Virus record (IMG/VR): IMGVR_UViG_3300044911_002392 | Location: 1-27,454 of that record | Reading direction: 5' to 3' (one strand) | Length of the DNA: 27,454 nt | DNA from: a virus | Lineage: Duplodnaviria > Caudoviricetes | Shown here: one piece after another, positions 25,717 to 27,454 of the stretch | Position numbering within the stretch: position 1 is the first letter of the stretch | Layout of the letters: every line of letters starts with the position of its first letter | Position numbers and translations under genes: made by a program | The notes under the pieces: model-generated | The model's database searches: none | Told to the model about the DNA's origin: nothing | The model's input: only the letters and a program-made list of their open reading frames with translations

Positions 25717-26093
25717 GCCATCCCGGTCTGCGACCAGCCCGGGGGCGCCAGCATCGCCTGCGCATCCATGCGGCCCATCTCAGCCCGCACGCTGTCCCAG
25801 TTCCGGTGCTTCATGTACAGCTCGCGCGCCAGCGCCTGCATCGAATCGCGCGCCCACGTCTCCGTCTCGGCGTTGATGCGAAGCTGCAGGTCCACGGGGA
25901 TGTCCTCCTCCACGCTAGCCGGCAGAATGGCGCGCTGCTCTTCCAGCGTCAAACGCCGCTCCTCCAGCGTCAAACGCCGCTCCTCGAGCTGCGCGCGCTG
26001 TGCACGGTCCTCGCGCGCCAGCGACAGCAGCCCCCACCCGCAGGCCGCCATCGAGACCGTCAGTACTAGCAGGATCGCGGTGTCCACGCTCAC
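25713..26093 (-). CDS. Membrane-anchored coiled-coil hypothetical protein (126 aa)
   Basis: Inferred GTG start overlapping the previous stop; TM AILLVLTVSMAACGWGLL; ATGA overlap with the portal. Confidence 0.7.
   Translation of the reverse strand: MSVDTAILLVLTVSMAACGWGLLSLAREDRAQRAQLEERRLTLEERRLTLEEQRAILPASVEEDIPVDLQLRINAETETWARDSMQALARELYMKHRNWDSVRAEMGRMDAQAMLAPPGWSQTGMA
25942..25983. repeat. Exact 21-bp tandem duplication TCCAGCGTCAAACGCCGCTCC x2
   Basis: Adds exactly one heptad (ERRLTLE) to the coiled coil. Confidence 0.9.
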
Positions 26094-26548
26094 AGCCCGT
26101 TGTACTCGGCTTGCGTGAACGTCACGTTGGGCGAGGACGCCAGCGTCAGGGTCATTCGCGCGAACTGCTCGCCGCGCAGCGTGCTGATGGTGGACGACTG
26201 CCGGGTGGTGGTCGTCAGCGACCCCGCTCCCGACCCCGCCGTCTTGTTGACCCACGTGGAAGGCGACGAGGCGTTCGACACGTAGTACAGCGTGTTGAGC
26301 GCACTGGACACGGTGCCGGCGGCGATGGTGGCCGTCAGGTGGACCTCGAGGGCCGTGCTGATCCCCGAGAGGGGGATGAGCACCTCGTAGGTGCCGGCAA
26401 CGGTGAGGGCGCCGCAGTCCACGAGGTTCTTGCCCACGAGCGACTGCGCCGCTGCGGCAGGGACGGAGACCAGCACCAGCCGGTCCTGCGCGCCCCACGC
26501 GGCCTGATTGTAGCGCTGCACTTCGGTCAGCGGCACGGCACGTGCCAT
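26090..26548 (-). CDS. Beta-rich putative structural protein (152 aa)
   Basis: Thr/Ser/Val-rich; GGAG RBS region nearly identical to that of the capsid gene. Confidence 0.7.
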   Translation of the reverse strand: MARAVPLTEVQRYNQAAWGAQDRLVLVSVPAAAAQSLVGKNLVDCGALTVAGTYEVLIPLSGISTALEVHLTATIAAGTVSSALNTLYYVSNASSPSTWVNKTAGSGAGSLTTTTRQSSTISTLRGEQFARMTLTLASSPNVTFTQAEYNGL

Positions 26549-26597
26549 GGGTTACTCCGCGTGTATGGTTGCCTGCGATTCCTGCATGATCACCGAC

Positions 26598-26819
26598 TCA
26601 GAGCCCCAAACGCCGCTCGTCCACCGGCTCCGGCGTGGGCTCCGGCGGCAGGCTGGCGTTGTATGCCTCGCGAGCAGCCGTGATGCCAGCATCCACCGTG
26701 GCGGTCTTGTACTGCACTTGGTACGACAGCGCCGCGTTCGCCATCACGAACTGGCAGTACTCGGCATCCGTGGCGAACGGCCCCGGCGCGGCGTTGTCGG
26801 TGTCGATGGTGACGATCAT
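26598..26819 (-). CDS. Small fibre-associated hypothetical protein (73 aa)
   Basis: AAGGAGG RBS and ATGA overlap with the upstream 57-aa gene. Confidence 0.7.
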   Translation of the reverse strand: MIVTIDTDNAAPGPFATDAEYCQFVMANAALSYQVQYKTATVDAGITAAREAYNASLPPEPTPEPVDERRLGL

Positions 26820-26989
26820 GCGGCATCCTCCTTCGCGGTGCTGGTCTTCGTTTCTGCGTCGATGGCCGTCTGAATCTTGATGGCGAGGGGCAGCGCCGCC
26901 TGTGCGATCTCAAGCCCGCCGCTCTTGGTGGCGATGTCCAGCAGGCCGACGAGGGCCTGCGCTTCGGTGACGGTGAAGTCGAGGGTCAT
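26816..26989 (-). CDS. Small helical fibre-associated protein (57 aa)
   Basis: Absent from the ORF track; translated by hand: MTLDFTVTEAQALVGLLDIATKSGGLEIAQAALPLAIKIQTAIDAETKTSTAKEDAA. Confidence 0.7.
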   Translation of the reverse strand: MTLDFTVTEAQALVGLLDIATKSGGLEIAQAALPLAIKIQTAIDAETKTSTAKEDAA

Positions 26990-27006
26990 GGGTGTGTGGT
27001 CAGAGG

Positions 27007-27454
27007 TTACGTCAGCGCAGCGGTCCAGATCCAGCCGCCGTCGTAAACGCCGAGCTTGTTGTTGGTGCTGTCAAAGATCAGCGCCACTTGTCCGGTGGGA
27101 ATGTCCGCCGGGACGCCCGTGGCAATCCCCGCGCACGACGGAATCATGATGTGACCGCGCGTAGCTGTGGTTGCCAACGCTGCGGTGCCGAACGCAAGGT
27201 TGCCACGCGTACCAGTTCCAGCGCCTTCGGTCGCAACAATCACCGTGCTGTTGGACCAGTTCAGCGACAGTCGTTCGTGGTTGCTTGCGTCGGTGAAGGT
27301 GCGGTAGACACGGAACGTCTGCGCGGTGGTGCCAGTGCGAAGCGCCAGCACGCTCGCGGCGTCACGGAACAGCGTGACATCGAAAGCGGTGGTAACGGGA
27401 CTGCCACTTGCCCACCCAAACGCAATGCCAGAAGCAAGGCGAGCAACCGTCGTG
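27007..27454 (-). CDS. C-terminal part of a fibre/spike-like protein (5' end outside the window)
   Basis: Frame is open to the window edge: ...DVTLFRDAASVLALRTGTTAQTFRVYRTFTDASNHERL...IFDSTNNKLGVYDGGW. Confidence 0.7.
   Translation of the reverse strand, partial: TTVARLASGIAFGWASGSPVTTAFDVTLFRDAASVLALRTGTTAQTFRVYRTFTDASNHERLSLNWSNSTVIVATEGAGTGTRGNLAFGTAALATTATRGHIMIPSCAGIATGVPADIPTGQVALIFDSTNNKLGVYDGGWIWTAALT

Larger units (their letters stand above)
1..27454. mobile_element. Temperate podovirus-like phage genome segment, probably attP (excised/circular) configuration
   Basis: Continuous phage modules (replication, integration, recombination, immunity switch, lysis, ejection proteins, tail, capsid, portal). 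No host housekeeping genes, tape-measure gene or sheath gene recognised. Confidence 0.95.

Noticed and set aside
160-27149. Numerous long plus-strand and alternate-frame ORFs (e.g. 1370-2980, 13453-15162, 20913-22448)
   Set aside because: Arg/Pro/Ala/His-rich shadow frames of high-GC minus-strand genes, with no recognisable motifs.
1-27454. Host assignment
   Set aside because: High GC and the tRNA fragment are not enough without a database search of 619-660.

Overview
The whole window is about 27 kb of a high-GC temperate tailed phage with podovirus-like morphogenesis genes, almost all on the minus strand. From the left end it carries: the 5' part of an HTH replication-initiator gene with internal C/G-run repeats; a structured leader and promoter; an attP-like copy of the 3' half of tRNA-Ile(GAU) lying inside the 3' end of a tyrosine integrase gene; an early operon (Cro-like HTH, DEDD 3'-5' exonuclease, Bet recombinase, int); and a divergent XRE repressor. 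It continues with a lysis cassette (CHAP endolysin, holin-like and spanin-like genes), five Gln/Ala/Gly-rich putative ejection proteins, tail fibre, nozzle, adaptor, decoration protein, major capsid, scaffold and portal. Upstream of the portal is a second fibre-like cluster, and no terminase is visible. Phage genes on both sides of the tRNA fragment suggest the excised (attP) configuration. The most notable points are: integration should rewrite the integrase C-terminus and cut the rep gene off from the early operon; the target tRNA usually sits in rRNA operon spacers; one ejection protein has 12 Phe at exact 9-residue spacing; and another has an HhH-glycosylase-like motif set. All functional calls come from motif recognition and gene order; no database searches were run.
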